The notes: generated from the sequence alone by a model not told the origin. A DNA stretch of 64,000 bases from Candidatus Latescibacterota bacterium (GCA_965203175.1 OZ241867.1:5312001-5376000); one strand, 5' to 3'; positions 18,115-28,425 are shown, counted from the stretch's first letter. A program made the numbers and translations.

Positions 18115-19509
18115 ATGCACCTACCACTCCTCCGCGCCGGCCAGCCCTACACCAGCCTCGACCGCCTCTCCGTCGCCCACATCGCCACCGGACAACCGCT
18201 GACCCAAGTCAGCCAAGCCAATCGAGGCCTAATCGCCCGCGACTTAGCCGCTCAAGAGCGCAACCGCCAAGCACTGCAAGCCCTCACCGTCGCCGAATTA
18301 GTCGCCATCTGCCAACAGGCCGCCGACCTCTTCTTACGCGCCGAACTACCTCTAGGCGACGACGGCCAAACCCCGGACGACTACGTCGCGCAAGTCTCGG
18401 CCACCACCGGCCTGCCGCAGTCGCTGGCCCGCGCCAACATGGACAAAATCCACCGCGTCGGCGTCGAAATGCCCGCTGTACTCAGCGGCCTAACCCGAGG
18501 CCTGGACCTAACCGTCCTCGACGACGGCCCAAGTCCGCTCCACTTCGCGTCCCACGCCCAAGCCCTCGGCTGCATCCTGCCGAGCAACTCCCCCGGCGTC
18601 CACGCGCTGTGGCTACCGGCCATTCCGCTCAAAATTCCGCTAGTGCTCAAACCGGGCCGCGAAGAACCGTGGACGCCCTACCGCATCGCCCAATCCCTAA
18701 TCGCGGCCGGCTGTCCACCTCAAGCCTTGAGCTACTACCCAACCGACCACGGCGGCAGCACCGAAATCCTGCTCCGCTGCAATCGCTCGCTGCTATTCGG
18801 CGGCGGTCCCACCGTCGCCCCCTGGCGTGACGACCCCCGCGTCCAACTACACGGACCAGGGCGCAGCAAAATCATCATCGGCGCAGACAAAATCGACCAA
18901 TGGGAACACTACCTCGACCTCATGGTCGCCTCAATCGCTTCCAACGGGGGCCGCTCCTGCCTCAATGCTTCCGGTATTTGGGTCCCCGCCCACGGTCGCG
19001 CAATCGCCGCCGCCCTAGGCGAACGCCTGAGCCAAATCCAAGCCCGACCTCTCAACGATCCCCAAGCCCAGATCGCCGCCTTCTCCAACCCCGCAGTGGC
19101 GCACCAGTTCTCATCTCTAATCGACACCCAACTCGGCGACGCAATAGACACGGCCAGAGGCCAAGGTGAACGCGTTGCCGATATCGGCGGCTGCACCTTC
19201 CTCAACCCAACCTTGATCCACGCCCCCGACTGGCAACACCCTCTGGCCAATACCGAATATCTCTTTCCGTTCGCCTCGGTAGTCGAAGTCCCGCAAGAAG
19301 AAGTCGTCACGCGCATCGGCCCGACACTGGTAGCTACCGCCCTCACCGAAGACGAGCATCTAACGCGCCAACTGCTCGCCGCGCCCCACATCGAACGCCT
19401 CAACCTCGGCCCGATCCCCACCCACGAAATCGCCTGGGACCAGCCGCACGAGGGCAACCTCTTCGATTTCCTCTACCAGCAGCGCGCCTTGCAGCGCAGA
19501 GCCGGATGA
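18115..19509 (+). CDS. Aldehyde dehydrogenase-family protein (EhpG/GriD/LuxC-like acyl reductase candidate)
   Basis: Motifs ILPSNSP, LKPG, LFGG, NGGRSCLNAS (catalytic Cys) and EYLFP. The ELGG motif is replaced by HGPG. Confidence 0.85.
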   Translation: MHLPLLRAGQPYTSLDRLSVAHIATGQPLTQVSQANRGLIARDLAAQERNRQALQALTVAELVAICQQAADLFLRAELPLGDDGQTPDDYVAQVSATTGLPQSLARANMDKIHRVGVEMPAVLSGLTRGLDLTVLDDGPSPLHFASHAQALGCILPSNSPGVHALWLPAIPLKIPLVLKPGREEPWTPYRIAQSLIAAGCPPQALSYYPTDHGGSTEILLRCNRSLLFGGGPTVAPWRDDPRVQLHGPGRSKIIIGADKIDQWEHYLDLMVASIASNGGRSCLNASGIWVPAHGRAIAAALGERLSQIQARPLNDPQAQIAAFSNPAVAHQFSSLIDTQLGDAIDTARGQGERVADIGGCTFLNPTLIHAPDWQHPLANTEYLFPFASVVEVPQEEVVTRIGPTLVATALTEDEHLTRQLLAAPHIERLNLGPIPTHEIAWDQPHEGNLFDFLYQQRALQRRAG

Positions 19510-20633
19510 CCCCCTTCGACTTTGATCCGTCCATCCGCGTAGTCTTTGGTGCTGGAACCCTCGGCCAGCTAGGCGATCTCGCCAGCGCATTGGCCGGCCC
19601 CGGCACCTTACTCGTAACCGACCCCGGCCTCGTCCAAGCTGGCCTAGCCGAACGAGCCCAGCACGCGCTACAAAACGCTGGCCTAGCGACGACCACTTTT
19701 TCCGCCGTAGGAGAAAACCCCACGACCGAACACGTAGCCGCTGGCGTCCACCACGCTCGCGCTCACGGCCCCATTGACCTAATCGTCGCCTTGGGCGGCG
19801 GCAGCACCATGGACTGCGCCAAAGGCATCAACTTCCTGCTCACCAACAGCGGCCAAATGCAGGACTACCAAGGCTACGGCAAAGCCACCCAGCCCATGCT
19901 TCCCTCCATTGGCATCCCCACCACAGCCGGAACGGGCAGCGAAGCCCAATCCTACGCCCTGATTTCCTGCGCCGACACAGGTATCAAAATGGCCTGCGGC
20001 GACCGCAAAGCGCGCTTCCACATCGCCATCCTCGACCCAAACGTGCTGACCAGCGTCCCCCAGCGAGTCCGCGCCGACGCCGGTATCGACGCCCTCGCCC
20101 ACGCCGTCGAAAGCTACGTCTCCACCCGTCGCACGCCGCTCTCACAAATGTTCGCCCGCCAAGCCTGGCAGTTGCTAGCACCCCACTACGAGGCAGCCAT
20201 CTCCGATCCCCAAAACGCCGCCGACGCCATGCTCTTAGGTGCCCACCTAGCCGGCACTGCCATCGAAAACTCCATGCTCGGCGGCGCCCACGCCACCGCC
20301 AACCCCCTCACCGCCCGCTACCCACTCTCTCACGGCCGAGCCGTGGCCCTGATGCTGCCGCACGTGATTCGCTTAAATGGTCAAGTGGTGGACGATTTAT
20401 ACGGCGAACTTTGCGCAGATATCCAACTCAACGGCAGCACCCTCGCGCTCGCCGCCCATCTCGAAGAATTGTGCTCTATGGCGGGACTACCGCGCCGACT
20501 CGCCGATTGTCAGGTTGCCGCAAGCGATCTACCTTCTATGGCCCAAGAAGCGGCTGATCAATGGACCGGCACCTTCAACCCGCTTCCCTTACAAGAAGCG
20601 GACTTTCTGCGGCTTTATAAGACGGCGTTCTGA
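19506..20633 (+). CDS. Iron-containing alcohol dehydrogenase
   Basis: ATGA overlap. Motifs GGGS, PTTAGTGSE, DALAHAVE and GGAH...SHG metal ligands. Confidence 0.92.
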   Translation: MTPFDFDPSIRVVFGAGTLGQLGDLASALAGPGTLLVTDPGLVQAGLAERAQHALQNAGLATTTFSAVGENPTTEHVAAGVHHARAHGPIDLIVALGGGSTMDCAKGINFLLTNSGQMQDYQGYGKATQPMLPSIGIPTTAGTGSEAQSYALISCADTGIKMACGDRKARFHIAILDPNVLTSVPQRVRADAGIDALAHAVESYVSTRRTPLSQMFARQAWQLLAPHYEAAISDPQNAADAMLLGAHLAGTAIENSMLGGAHATANPLTARYPLSHGRAVALMLPHVIRLNGQVVDDLYGELCADIQLNGSTLALAAHLEELCSMAGLPRRLADCQVAASDLPSMAQEAADQWTGTFNPLPLQEADFLRLYKTAF

Positions 20634-20688
20634 TGGGGGAGAGGAATGTGAGACGACCGCACCAAGACGCAACGGTCGCAATATGAAG

Positions 20689-21174
20689 CTATTCTCCGAC
20701 TAGAGCCAAGGCCTTGTCCACAACTGGGTCGGATAAATACATGCCCAACTGCCTGAGTCGGTCAACTACGGGCCGTGCCAATGGAATCACCCCGAGTCTT
20801 TTTGCAACCAAAACAAGACCTAGCGTGCCGCGAAAGGGAATGCCCAGAGCAGTTGCGCAACGGCGTGCCGCCAAGTCGTCAATGATGATTTCTGTGCCTT
20901 GGCGGGTATAACCCCAAGTCAGGACAGACGATTCGCCTGGACCTAAATCCCACGCCTGGATCCGTTCATCAATGGGCGGTGTAGGGACAACGTCCATCCA
21001 GGCTGCTTTTTCCATGGCCTGGACCGTTGGATCTTCAGGACCGCGTTTTTGGATCTCGGAGGCAACAGCGGCAGGTATGATTATTTCGTCACCCGCGATT
21101 TTCAGTAGATCAAGTAAGTCTCCACGGGCCAAGAAAATGAGCGGTGAAGCATTGACGGCTGGTTTTTCAGCCAC
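20689..21174 (-). CDS. DUF3368 PIN-domain toxin
   Basis: Motifs VNASPLI, LGPGE, IIDDLAARR and GTLG. Confidence 0.88.
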   Translation of the reverse strand: MAEKPAVNASPLIFLARGDLLDLLKIAGDEIIIPAAVASEIQKRGPEDPTVQAMEKAAWMDVVPTPPIDERIQAWDLGPGESSVLTWGYTRQGTEIIIDDLAARRCATALGIPFRGTLGLVLVAKRLGVIPLARPVVDRLRQLGMYLSDPVVDKALALVGE

Positions 21175-21418
21175 GATCTATTTCGCGTTTCAATGCGTCG
21201 ATATCCACTGCAAAGACATCCACTTGCTCACGGGTTAAAGCCATGAGGAAGTCGGTGCGATCCAAACCGGCTATATGGGCGGCCTTTTCTTGCGAGATCA
21301 TTCCTCTTTCATACCAGTGGATAGCCCCAGCTAGGCGCAGTTCAGCGACGAACTCCTCTGGCGAGCGACGCAAAGCGGAAAACACTTCATCCGGCAATTC
21401 TAAGGTGACTTTAGTCAT
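21167..21418 (-). CDS. UPF0175 family antitoxin
   Basis: Motif ISQEKAAHIAGLDRTDF. Overlaps the DUF3368 gene. Confidence 0.88.
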   Translation of the reverse strand: MTKVTLELPDEVFSALRRSPEEFVAELRLAGAIHWYERGMISQEKAAHIAGLDRTDFLMALTREQVDVFAVDIDALKREIDRG

Positions 21419-21607
21419 AACCAATAATCCTGCTTTATTATCTCGAACACTTGTCTACAGATGGGAACAAGCCTTTTCTGACAAGATAGCCGTTTTCCTA
21501 GATTCGACCAAATACAGACGTTTTAACAACATAGCGCGCCACAGTGATGGTCTGCGCATAGGTCTGATCTAGTTAAATAGCCAAGTATTAGTATGAAGTT
21601 TCGTCAT

Positions 21608-24600
21608 TTAGTTAGCACTGTCAGAAGCTAGGCTCTTACGCTCAGCCTGCAGTATGAGCATGCGCACCATGGCAAGTTCAGCGATACGCTCGCTTTGTTG
21701 ACCAGCGAGTGCATATAGTGGCTCGTTGACGGCGTGTCCTGCCCTTGCCGCTTCAAATTCACTTACAACCTTATTCCAAGTCTGGTCGAGGTAATCCTGC
21801 GCCCACTCGAAATACTCCGAGCCGGTACGCTCAGCCGACTCGGCAACAATTTCACTATTGTGCTTAAAGGATTCAATTGACTTCGAGAATACGTCGCGTT
21901 CCTCCGAATGCGGATCTTCCAAATCGCGACATGCCATTATTGCTGACAGTTGAACGCAAGCGGTGAAGGCTTCATCAAAGCTCTTGGCGATTTCCGATGA
22001 GAGGAAGGGAAGGTTGATATGCTCCCGCCATTCTTTTACAAAATCTTGGTCAGCAAGCGGCATATACGACGAAGGAAGAATCGCTAAAGACGCTAGAACT
22101 CGACCCTTTAAGACCGGGACAACTCTGAAACGCCAGTCGTCCCGAAAATGCTGTTGTCCGATATCAATGCTATCTTCTAGATAGTGCGCATCTGTCTCAA
22201 AGTCCGTGATCTCCACAAGGACGGCGACCTCCCTTGCAGGCCAGTAGACGCTATCACTCTCATCAACGGGACGAGACCAACACCTGGCCCTACACCCTCG
22301 CGAAATGAGCACGCGTTCTACGTCGCGCAGTCTCGCGTGGAAGCGCTGTTTAGCAAAATTGCGGCAATGCCGAGCGGATGCGTGGATCGCCTTTCCCAGT
22401 TTGCCTTTCCGCGCGGCCTTCACTATTCTCTGAATTGATGCCTGTCTGTCATCATGCGCCATTTCGTGAAGGATGGAAGCAACGTCGTCCAAACGCTTGG
22501 CCAAGGCAGCGAGTTCACGTAGGGGCGGCTTTGATATTGTCCGCCATATAGCAGACTGCCCATGCTTCTGTGCCTGCGCCGCCAAGCTCCCAGCAAAAGT
22601 AGCTGCCCCTTTAGCTCCCTTTTCCCCAGGAATTTTGCTCAATCTTCTTACAAGATTGCCGAGTACCCCGGTCAGCAGTACGCCAAGAGTGTCGTCGGCA
22701 CCACTTTGCGCAGGCATCGTCATTGTAGATGATGGTTTCTCAGGTGTGGCATAGGCAAGCGCATTTACTGTATCGACAATCCCATTGATTTCAGCCGCCA
22801 ACGTATCTGCATTTGAAATTCTTTTTGCTCTTATCCATTTCTCGGTTAACGAACGAAACACCTTCTCAGTACGCTTTATCAACTCCGCCATCTGCCACGT
22901 ATAGTCGGTCAGGCTGTAGGAAGCTGATCTAGCGAGAAAGATCTGGCGGAAAGCCACATTCCAGGCGACGCGAGTTTTTGCGGGGATGTTTTGCCTCGGC
23001 ATATTTTTGGACCAAGGTGCGAAATCACCGACCATTATGAGTTGACCTTGGGGATTCACCACGTCAGATGCCGCCGCATCCGATGTCGGTGATATCGCAA
23101 TCAAGGTCTCGCAGATATTGCAGATAGTCTCATGTGGGTCCGATTGGTCCCGTTCCGCTACGTGAAACCAGTTCGAACGGACTGTGCGACCATGAGTACC
23201 ATCCGAGTCAACGACTGGAGGTGTAACCCACGGTGTTTGGGATCGAAACCAGTCAAACAGAACCTGCTCACCTCCCAAGGCATCCACTAGATTTTCAGCC
23301 ACATCGGGGCCGATCAGGTAAGCCGTGGACAGCACGGCCGCAACCTGACGGATATCCTGTTCACCGCTGCCAACGAAGCCAGGCACCAGCGTTATTCGTA
23401 CGGGTTCACCCCCGCATATCGGTGCTAGGCAAGAGAGAAATTTATTGGCCTGCTGGAAACTATCGATAGGAGGCACCGTGCTTCCCTCTGGAAGCTGCTC
23501 CAAGCAGGCAAGCCTCAGGTCGAACCTCGGCAAGGCACGGAAATCGAGAACGGCGTTTCGAAGGCTTTGCAACTGCTCAAACTCGGGCAGCTCTGGGACA
23601 TCGATATCTGGGTCGATAAACATCGAAGCCAGTGACCACTGGGCGCGCTGCAAACCGTGCTGCTCAAGAATCTTCATGAACGAGGCAACACCACGTTCTA
23701 GTGTAGCAAGTCCCAATCCGGTTAAAACTGACGCCCATATATCGATGCAGTGGTTGGAACCGAGCGTTTCCGCGAGATTGCGCAAAGCTGTCGTCTCGTC
23801 TTCATCCCTCGCCTCCGCTAGGATTGATTGAACGATCCTTGGGAGCGTCTCGCCCGTTGCAGCCGGAAGGCTGCACCATAGTGAATCTGTGGTCAGAAAC
23901 ACTGTCTCATCATGCGATGCTTTGCTGAGTGCTTCCGAGCGCAGCATGTGCAACCCACCGAGCACACCTGGACGGCTTTCTCTCACAAGATGTTCGTCGA
24001 TCAGTCTTTGCAGCGCACTACTGGCATAATCTGGTTCTAGGCCGAGTAATTCGAATAGCTTGCTCGCCTGAACCTCTCCTCCACGGGCACAGAGCACGGC
24101 GGTGCTTCTGATTATTGCCAGCTCATCGTGCCGATCTTCCTGCTGCCGTTGTCGAACCTGTTCGCAGATAACGGCAGCAAGCCGCTTGCCTTGCGTTAGT
24201 AGGTGAACATATTCGAGCATCAAGCCTTCGGATTGTTCGAACGGTTCTCGCCAGTGTTCCCAGCCTGTCTGGTTTTCGGCATACAGCTTCTGCCAGACAT
24301 TCTCGGCCAGCTTTTCATCGAGGCGTACGGCTATAAATTCCGTGTCTGACTGATTGGCAATGAGGGGCCTATCCTCCTGGCGCACGGAGCCGAGAAAATA
24401 GACAAAGGGCAATCCCCTCAATTCTTGGACGAGTACGTCCCACAAATCGCTGTTTGTCGAACCGACTTCATCGAATACCAAACCGATTCGGGATGTTTCG
24501 GTTGGGCGGCGTGCCCGTACAAACCGAATGATGGCATCAGCATCGGCTACAGCGGCCCGTGCTGTAATCTGGTACCATCTGAGTTCACCGGCGAGCAGAC

Positions 24601-25468
24601 TTGCCGATAGCCACATCAGTGCGGATTTTCCGGCACCCGACGGGCCAGATACGAGCACGTGCCTTCGCCGCTTGAGTGTGTGGACAAGCTTACTTGTATC
24701 GTCAGGGCGGTCCAGCACAAGTCCGGCAGTAACGTGCCCCGGCTTGACTTTCACACCTTGATAAAAACCCGATTCGCTGACTGGGGTAGTGAAATCAACC
24801 GGCTCCAAACTGCCGGAAGCAACGGCGCTTTCTATCGCAGAAGGGTCTCCCGCTTCCAGACTTTCAAAGATGCGGCGCTCGACCTCGGTTGTAGATATCC
24901 TCCGCCTTTCCTCAAAGGGTAAGGATGCGTTCGCCTGTGAAGCATCGGCGACTAATCTGTACAGATCATTCGCAATGCCTCTGGCGATGACCTCCGCTGT
25001 ATCCAGTTGTGCCAAAATTAGGCTGACGCTTTCTTCGTCCGGCTCTGTGCACACGAATACGTTCTGGGATCCGTCATCAAAAAGCTGACCGATGCCAACC
25101 ACATTGGTGTCGGCCCGTGGCTGCTCAAGAACAACGGCAACCCGGGTGTCCTTTTCTCGTTTGACTGCTGCGGCCTTGTTCTCTGCATCTGCTAGGATTT
25201 TCTGAACTTCTGTATCGCTAAACGCGCCGTCCTTACGGGATTTAATCTGGAGCCAGATATCTCCGCCAGTGAGCTCTATGACGCAATCCTCAAGTCCTTC
25301 GGGCACAACAGAACCGGAGGGTGCAAGCCCGGCCCACTGACGCAGAAGAATCAGGGTCGAAAGCAAGTGCTGATAATGGAAGCCGCGCGCAGCCCAAGCC
25401 CCTGAACGCGACTGCCTCCAAGCTTCAATGGTACTATTGTGTTCGGCTTCGTTCATCAAAGGTGTCAC
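21608..25468 (-). CDS. Large PD-(D/E)xK nuclease + P-loop (STAND-like) NTPase, putative anti-phage defence protein
   Basis: N-terminal SGAWAARGFHYQ...EGLED...LQIKS (Cap4-like nuclease). Walker A GPSGAGKS, Walker B LVFDE, long helical C-terminus. Confidence 0.7.
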   Translation of the reverse strand: MTPLMNEAEHNSTIEAWRQSRSGAWAARGFHYQHLLSTLILLRQWAGLAPSGSVVPEGLEDCVIELTGGDIWLQIKSRKDGAFSDTEVQKILADAENKAAAVKREKDTRVAVVLEQPRADTNVVGIGQLFDDGSQNVFVCTEPDEESVSLILAQLDTAEVIARGIANDLYRLVADASQANASLPFEERRRISTTEVERRIFESLEAGDPSAIESAVASGSLEPVDFTTPVSESGFYQGVKVKPGHVTAGLVLDRPDDTSKLVHTLKRRRHVLVSGPSGAGKSALMWLSASLLAGELRWYQITARAAVADADAIIRFVRARRPTETSRIGLVFDEVGSTNSDLWDVLVQELRGLPFVYFLGSVRQEDRPLIANQSDTEFIAVRLDEKLAENVWQKLYAENQTGWEHWREPFEQSEGLMLEYVHLLTQGKRLAAVICEQVRQRQQEDRHDELAIIRSTAVLCARGGEVQASKLFELLGLEPDYASSALQRLIDEHLVRESRPGVLGGLHMLRSEALSKASHDETVFLTTDSLWCSLPAATGETLPRIVQSILAEARDEDETTALRNLAETLGSNHCIDIWASVLTGLGLATLERGVASFMKILEQHGLQRAQWSLASMFIDPDIDVPELPEFEQLQSLRNAVLDFRALPRFDLRLACLEQLPEGSTVPPIDSFQQANKFLSCLAPICGGEPVRITLVPGFVGSGEQDIRQVAAVLSTAYLIGPDVAENLVDALGGEQVLFDWFRSQTPWVTPPVVDSDGTHGRTVRSNWFHVAERDQSDPHETICNICETLIAISPTSDAAASDVVNPQGQLIMVGDFAPWSKNMPRQNIPAKTRVAWNVAFRQIFLARSASYSLTDYTWQMAELIKRTEKVFRSLTEKWIRAKRISNADTLAAEINGIVDTVNALAYATPEKPSSTMTMPAQSGADDTLGVLLTGVLGNLVRRLSKIPGEKGAKGAATFAGSLAAQAQKHGQSAIWRTISKPPLRELAALAKRLDDVASILHEMAHDDRQASIQRIVKAARKGKLGKAIHASARHCRNFAKQRFHARLRDVERVLISRGCRARCWSRPVDESDSVYWPAREVAVLVEITDFETDAHYLEDSIDIGQQHFRDDWRFRVVPVLKGRVLASLAILPSSYMPLADQDFVKEWREHINLPFLSSEIAKSFDEAFTACVQLSAIMACRDLEDPHSEERDVFSKSIESFKHNSEIVAESAERTGSEYFEWAQDYLDQTWNKVVSEFEAARAGHAVNEPLYALAGQQSERIAELAMVRMLILQAERKSLASDSAN

Positions 25469-25598
25469 ATCTCAATACTACTGGTTTGCTAGTAAGACAG
25501 AACCTGCAAATCTCGTTAATCGTTACGGCGGTGCCCTGACCGTGAAGATGAGACCTCAGCGGTTCCTTGGAGTACAGTCGAAATCGAGCTCTCGGTTT

Positions 25599-26405
25599 CT
25601 ATACCGCATCCAACGTCGGCGCATTGTCCTGACAGTAGACCGGTCGGAAGAGTGTCTGTCGTTTAAACGGCATCTCTTCAAGGTGCTGCGGATGTGGTTC
25701 CCACTGATGCCACTTGTTGCCAACGGTATTGTAGCAGTTGAAAATGGCGATCCGATCGACAGTTTCGTCAGTCCACTTGGCACCAGTATGCGTAATCGCC
25801 TCCGTGAAAATAAGCACGGAGCCTGCGGGACAGGTGTAATCCTCCCATAACGGGGAGTTGCGATCCTCCGTTGACTTGGGAGCGGGAAACGCCCCTTTAT
25901 GGCTGCCGGTAAGGAACATGGTTCCACCGCAACCTTTTTGCACCGGATTGAGTTCCCAGACCACGCGCGTCAACCCACTGTGTGCCTTGTCGTAGTGCAG
26001 ATGATAGGTATGCGAGTTGCCGGGGAAGTTGAGCATCCCACGTCCGCCGTGTGGTCGGAAAGCGTCGTGTCCATTCGCACGAATGGTTAGAAACGTGCTT
26101 TCCAGCCGAAATCCATAACAGTTTTCGTTGGCGTAGGCCGAGGCCAAAAATTCATTCATGAATCCGCAGACAACTGGATGATCGGTTAGACTCTCCAAGG
26201 GACCGCCGATGGAATAGCGATGGTGTTCGGGAATGGATCTTGGTTCCTGTTTGAGTTGGTAGCAGAACGCGCGCATCTCTTGAATCTCTGATTCGCTGAG
26301 TACGCCAGGGATCAGCGCCCACCCGCGAGTATCAAAGAGATAGCGTTGTTCTTCCGTCAGTGGAATCGACGGTAGATTATCAGCATTCGTCGTAGGATTC
26401 GGCAT
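25599..26405 (-). CDS. Phytanoyl-CoA dioxygenase (PhyH) family protein
   Basis: Motifs RYLFDTRGW, HP, GGTMFLTGSH, AGSVLIFTEAITH and R. Confidence 0.85.
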   Translation of the reverse strand: MPNPTTNADNLPSIPLTEEQRYLFDTRGWALIPGVLSESEIQEMRAFCYQLKQEPRSIPEHHRYSIGGPLESLTDHPVVCGFMNEFLASAYANENCYGFRLESTFLTIRANGHDAFRPHGGRGMLNFPGNSHTYHLHYDKAHSGLTRVVWELNPVQKGCGGTMFLTGSHKGAFPAPKSTEDRNSPLWEDYTCPAGSVLIFTEAITHTGAKWTDETVDRIAIFNCYNTVGNKWHQWEPHPQHLEEMPFKRQTLFRPVYCQDNAPTLDAV

Positions 26406-26451
26406 AATTCCCTCCCTCTTTCGGGTGTCTATCAGATCGTGAGAAGTCCCA

Positions 26452-28281
26452 TTACCGATACTGCTTCGCCTGAGTATTGAACATCTGCGCGTACCTGCCG
26501 TCCTCGGCCAAGAGTTGCTCGTGACTCCCCTGCTCGACAAGCTCTCCCTGCTGCAGAACGAGAATGTGATCGGCCATGCGCACGGTGGAGAAGCGGTGAG
26601 AGATAAAGATAGCCGTGCGGTCCGACGTGAGCTCGGCGAAGCGCGAGAAAACATCGCGTTCAGCAAACGCATCGAGAGCGGCTGTAGGCTCGTCCAAAAT
26701 GAGCACCTCCGCCTCTTTCATAAACGCACGACTCAGCGCAATCTTCTGCCACTCGCCACCAGACAGATCAACCCCCTCGTCGAATTCCTTTCCCAAGATT
26801 GTGTCGTATCCCTTCGGCAGACCCTTGATGAGGTCCGAGGCACCACCCTCGTATGACGCGCGTTCGATCCGATCATCATCGTCCAACAGATCCACTTGAC
26901 CAAAGCCGACGTTCTCCTTGGCAGAGAGATCGTAGCGAACAAAATCCTGGAAAATCACCCCGATTTGGCGGCGCAGGCCTGCCAGATCGTATTCCCGAAG
27001 ATCTCGTCCATCCAAGTAAATACCACCTTCTGTGGGGTCGTAGAACCGCGCTAGTAGCTTGACGAGGGTCGTCTTGCCAGCTCCGTTTTCCCCAACAACG
27101 GCTACCGACTCGCGCACCCCGATAGTAAAAGAGACGTTCTTTAATACATCCTTGTCGGAGCCTGGATAGCGGAAAGAAACATTTCTGAACTCAATGCTCT
27201 GAGTTAGGCGATCTGGAACTGGTGCAGGCGACGCGGGAGGCGGCGTTAGCGCCCCTTCAACCGAGCGGGGGTCGAGGTCGAGAAACCGGAAGAGAATCCC
27301 GGCGAAGATCGTATGCTCGTAGAACAGCCCAAGATTCCTGAACAGACTGGAGAACCCAGACCGTCCCTGCTCGGCAGCCTGGAATGCAAGCGCCACGGTG
27401 CCCACGCTGATATGGCCACCCACGGCTCGTACAACGGCGTAAGCCCAGATGGAGGCTGTCCCTATCATCGTAATCAATCCTAGAAGAAAACCGAATCGTT
27501 CCTCGGCAAATCGGAGGCGCAATGTTTCCTTGCTGAATAACTCCCAGAAATTCCTGAATCGTCTCAACAATTCCTCGTGCAGTGCGAAGATGCGGATCTC
27601 CTTGACCGCCTCACGAGAGGCGAGTATACGCGACAGGTATTCTGCCATACGCCGATTACTAGCCCTTGCTCCGAACAATGAGAAACGCCTTCCGGCGTAA
27701 TGACCGCCAACGATCACCTGCGGTGCCGCAGTGACGAGCAGTATTATTGGCGCTGCCCAGTGCACTGAGAGCAGTACTGCCAACATGGCTATAAGTCCGG
27801 TCAATGAGGAGACGATTAGCAGGGACAAGATAGCGAGATTATGGGAGCGGTAGATTTCACTCCTGGCCTTCTCCATCTCATCAAAAAAGACCGAGTTCTC
27901 GAAGAAGGCGATGTCGAGCTGAGCCGCCTTCCTTAAGATCAAATACTGGCTGTGGTTGCCGGCAAGGAACCCGACTTTTTCCTGCAGCCCAGTCGCTGCC
28001 GCGCTACATATAGAACCCAGAATCCAAACGCCGAAAACACCAGCAACCGGTATTAGCAACCCGATCCAGTCCACTGCGGCTCCACCCCCATCACTCACGG
28101 CGCTGACTACGTTGTCGATGACAATCTTGGTGATCCAGACCTGTGCAGCCGGAACCACAGCACCGAGTATACTCACCCCGATAGCTAGGATAGCGTGCGC
28201 CCCGGCCGCATCCCAAACTAGGCGGACGCACCGAGGGTAATATTCGATTATCTGGGCTATGGGCCGTAGAATCGCGAGCAC
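26452..28281 (-). CDS. ABC exporter, fused permease/ATP-binding protein
   Basis: N-terminal TM domain. Motifs GENGAGKT, LSGGEWQK, ILDEPT and SHR. Confidence 0.93.
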   Translation of the reverse strand: MLAILRPIAQIIEYYPRCVRLVWDAAGAHAILAIGVSILGAVVPAAQVWITKIVIDNVVSAVSDGGGAAVDWIGLLIPVAGVFGVWILGSICSAAATGLQEKVGFLAGNHSQYLILRKAAQLDIAFFENSVFFDEMEKARSEIYRSHNLAILSLLIVSSLTGLIAMLAVLLSVHWAAPIILLVTAAPQVIVGGHYAGRRFSLFGARASNRRMAEYLSRILASREAVKEIRIFALHEELLRRFRNFWELFSKETLRLRFAEERFGFLLGLITMIGTASIWAYAVVRAVGGHISVGTVALAFQAAEQGRSGFSSLFRNLGLFYEHTIFAGILFRFLDLDPRSVEGALTPPPASPAPVPDRLTQSIEFRNVSFRYPGSDKDVLKNVSFTIGVRESVAVVGENGAGKTTLVKLLARFYDPTEGGIYLDGRDLREYDLAGLRRQIGVIFQDFVRYDLSAKENVGFGQVDLLDDDDRIERASYEGGASDLIKGLPKGYDTILGKEFDEGVDLSGGEWQKIALSRAFMKEAEVLILDEPTAALDAFAERDVFSRFAELTSDRTAIFISHRFSTVRMADHILVLQQGELVEQGSHEQLLAEDGRYAQMFNTQAKQYR

Positions 28282-28425
28282 TGAGCCTCCCCTATCCGAC
28301 GTCGTAGTCTGACTTCTATATACACATACTTACTACACACTCGGTCAAGGCTGGCGTCTGCCACCAAATTAGCAAAATTTTGCCCTCTTCTTTACTTTCG
28401 TTCATAATCCCTCAACCAACATAAT

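Larger units (their letters stand above)
20650..28400. other. Accessory block 2 (minus-strand: PIN TA pair, nuclease-NTPase, PhyH, ABC exporter)
   Basis: Strand and composition switch between the Fe-ADH and the next propeller gene. Confidence 0.6.

Noticed and set aside
12018-18115. Terminal inverted repeats of block 1 (TGAGTT-N6-TTGGGT / ACCCAA-N6-AACTCA)
   Set aside because: Only 12 of 18 positions match, which local base skew could explain. No transposase or target-site duplication.
10938-19509. Phenazine biosynthesis cluster
   Set aside because: Only EhpF/G-like tailoring homologs are present; no phzA/B, D, E, F or G.
21521-21578. attC-like site (TTTTAAC...GTTAAAT) downstream of the nuclease-NTPase gene
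   Set aside because: The outer boxes are roughly present but the inner L boxes are not complementary, and there is no integron integrase.
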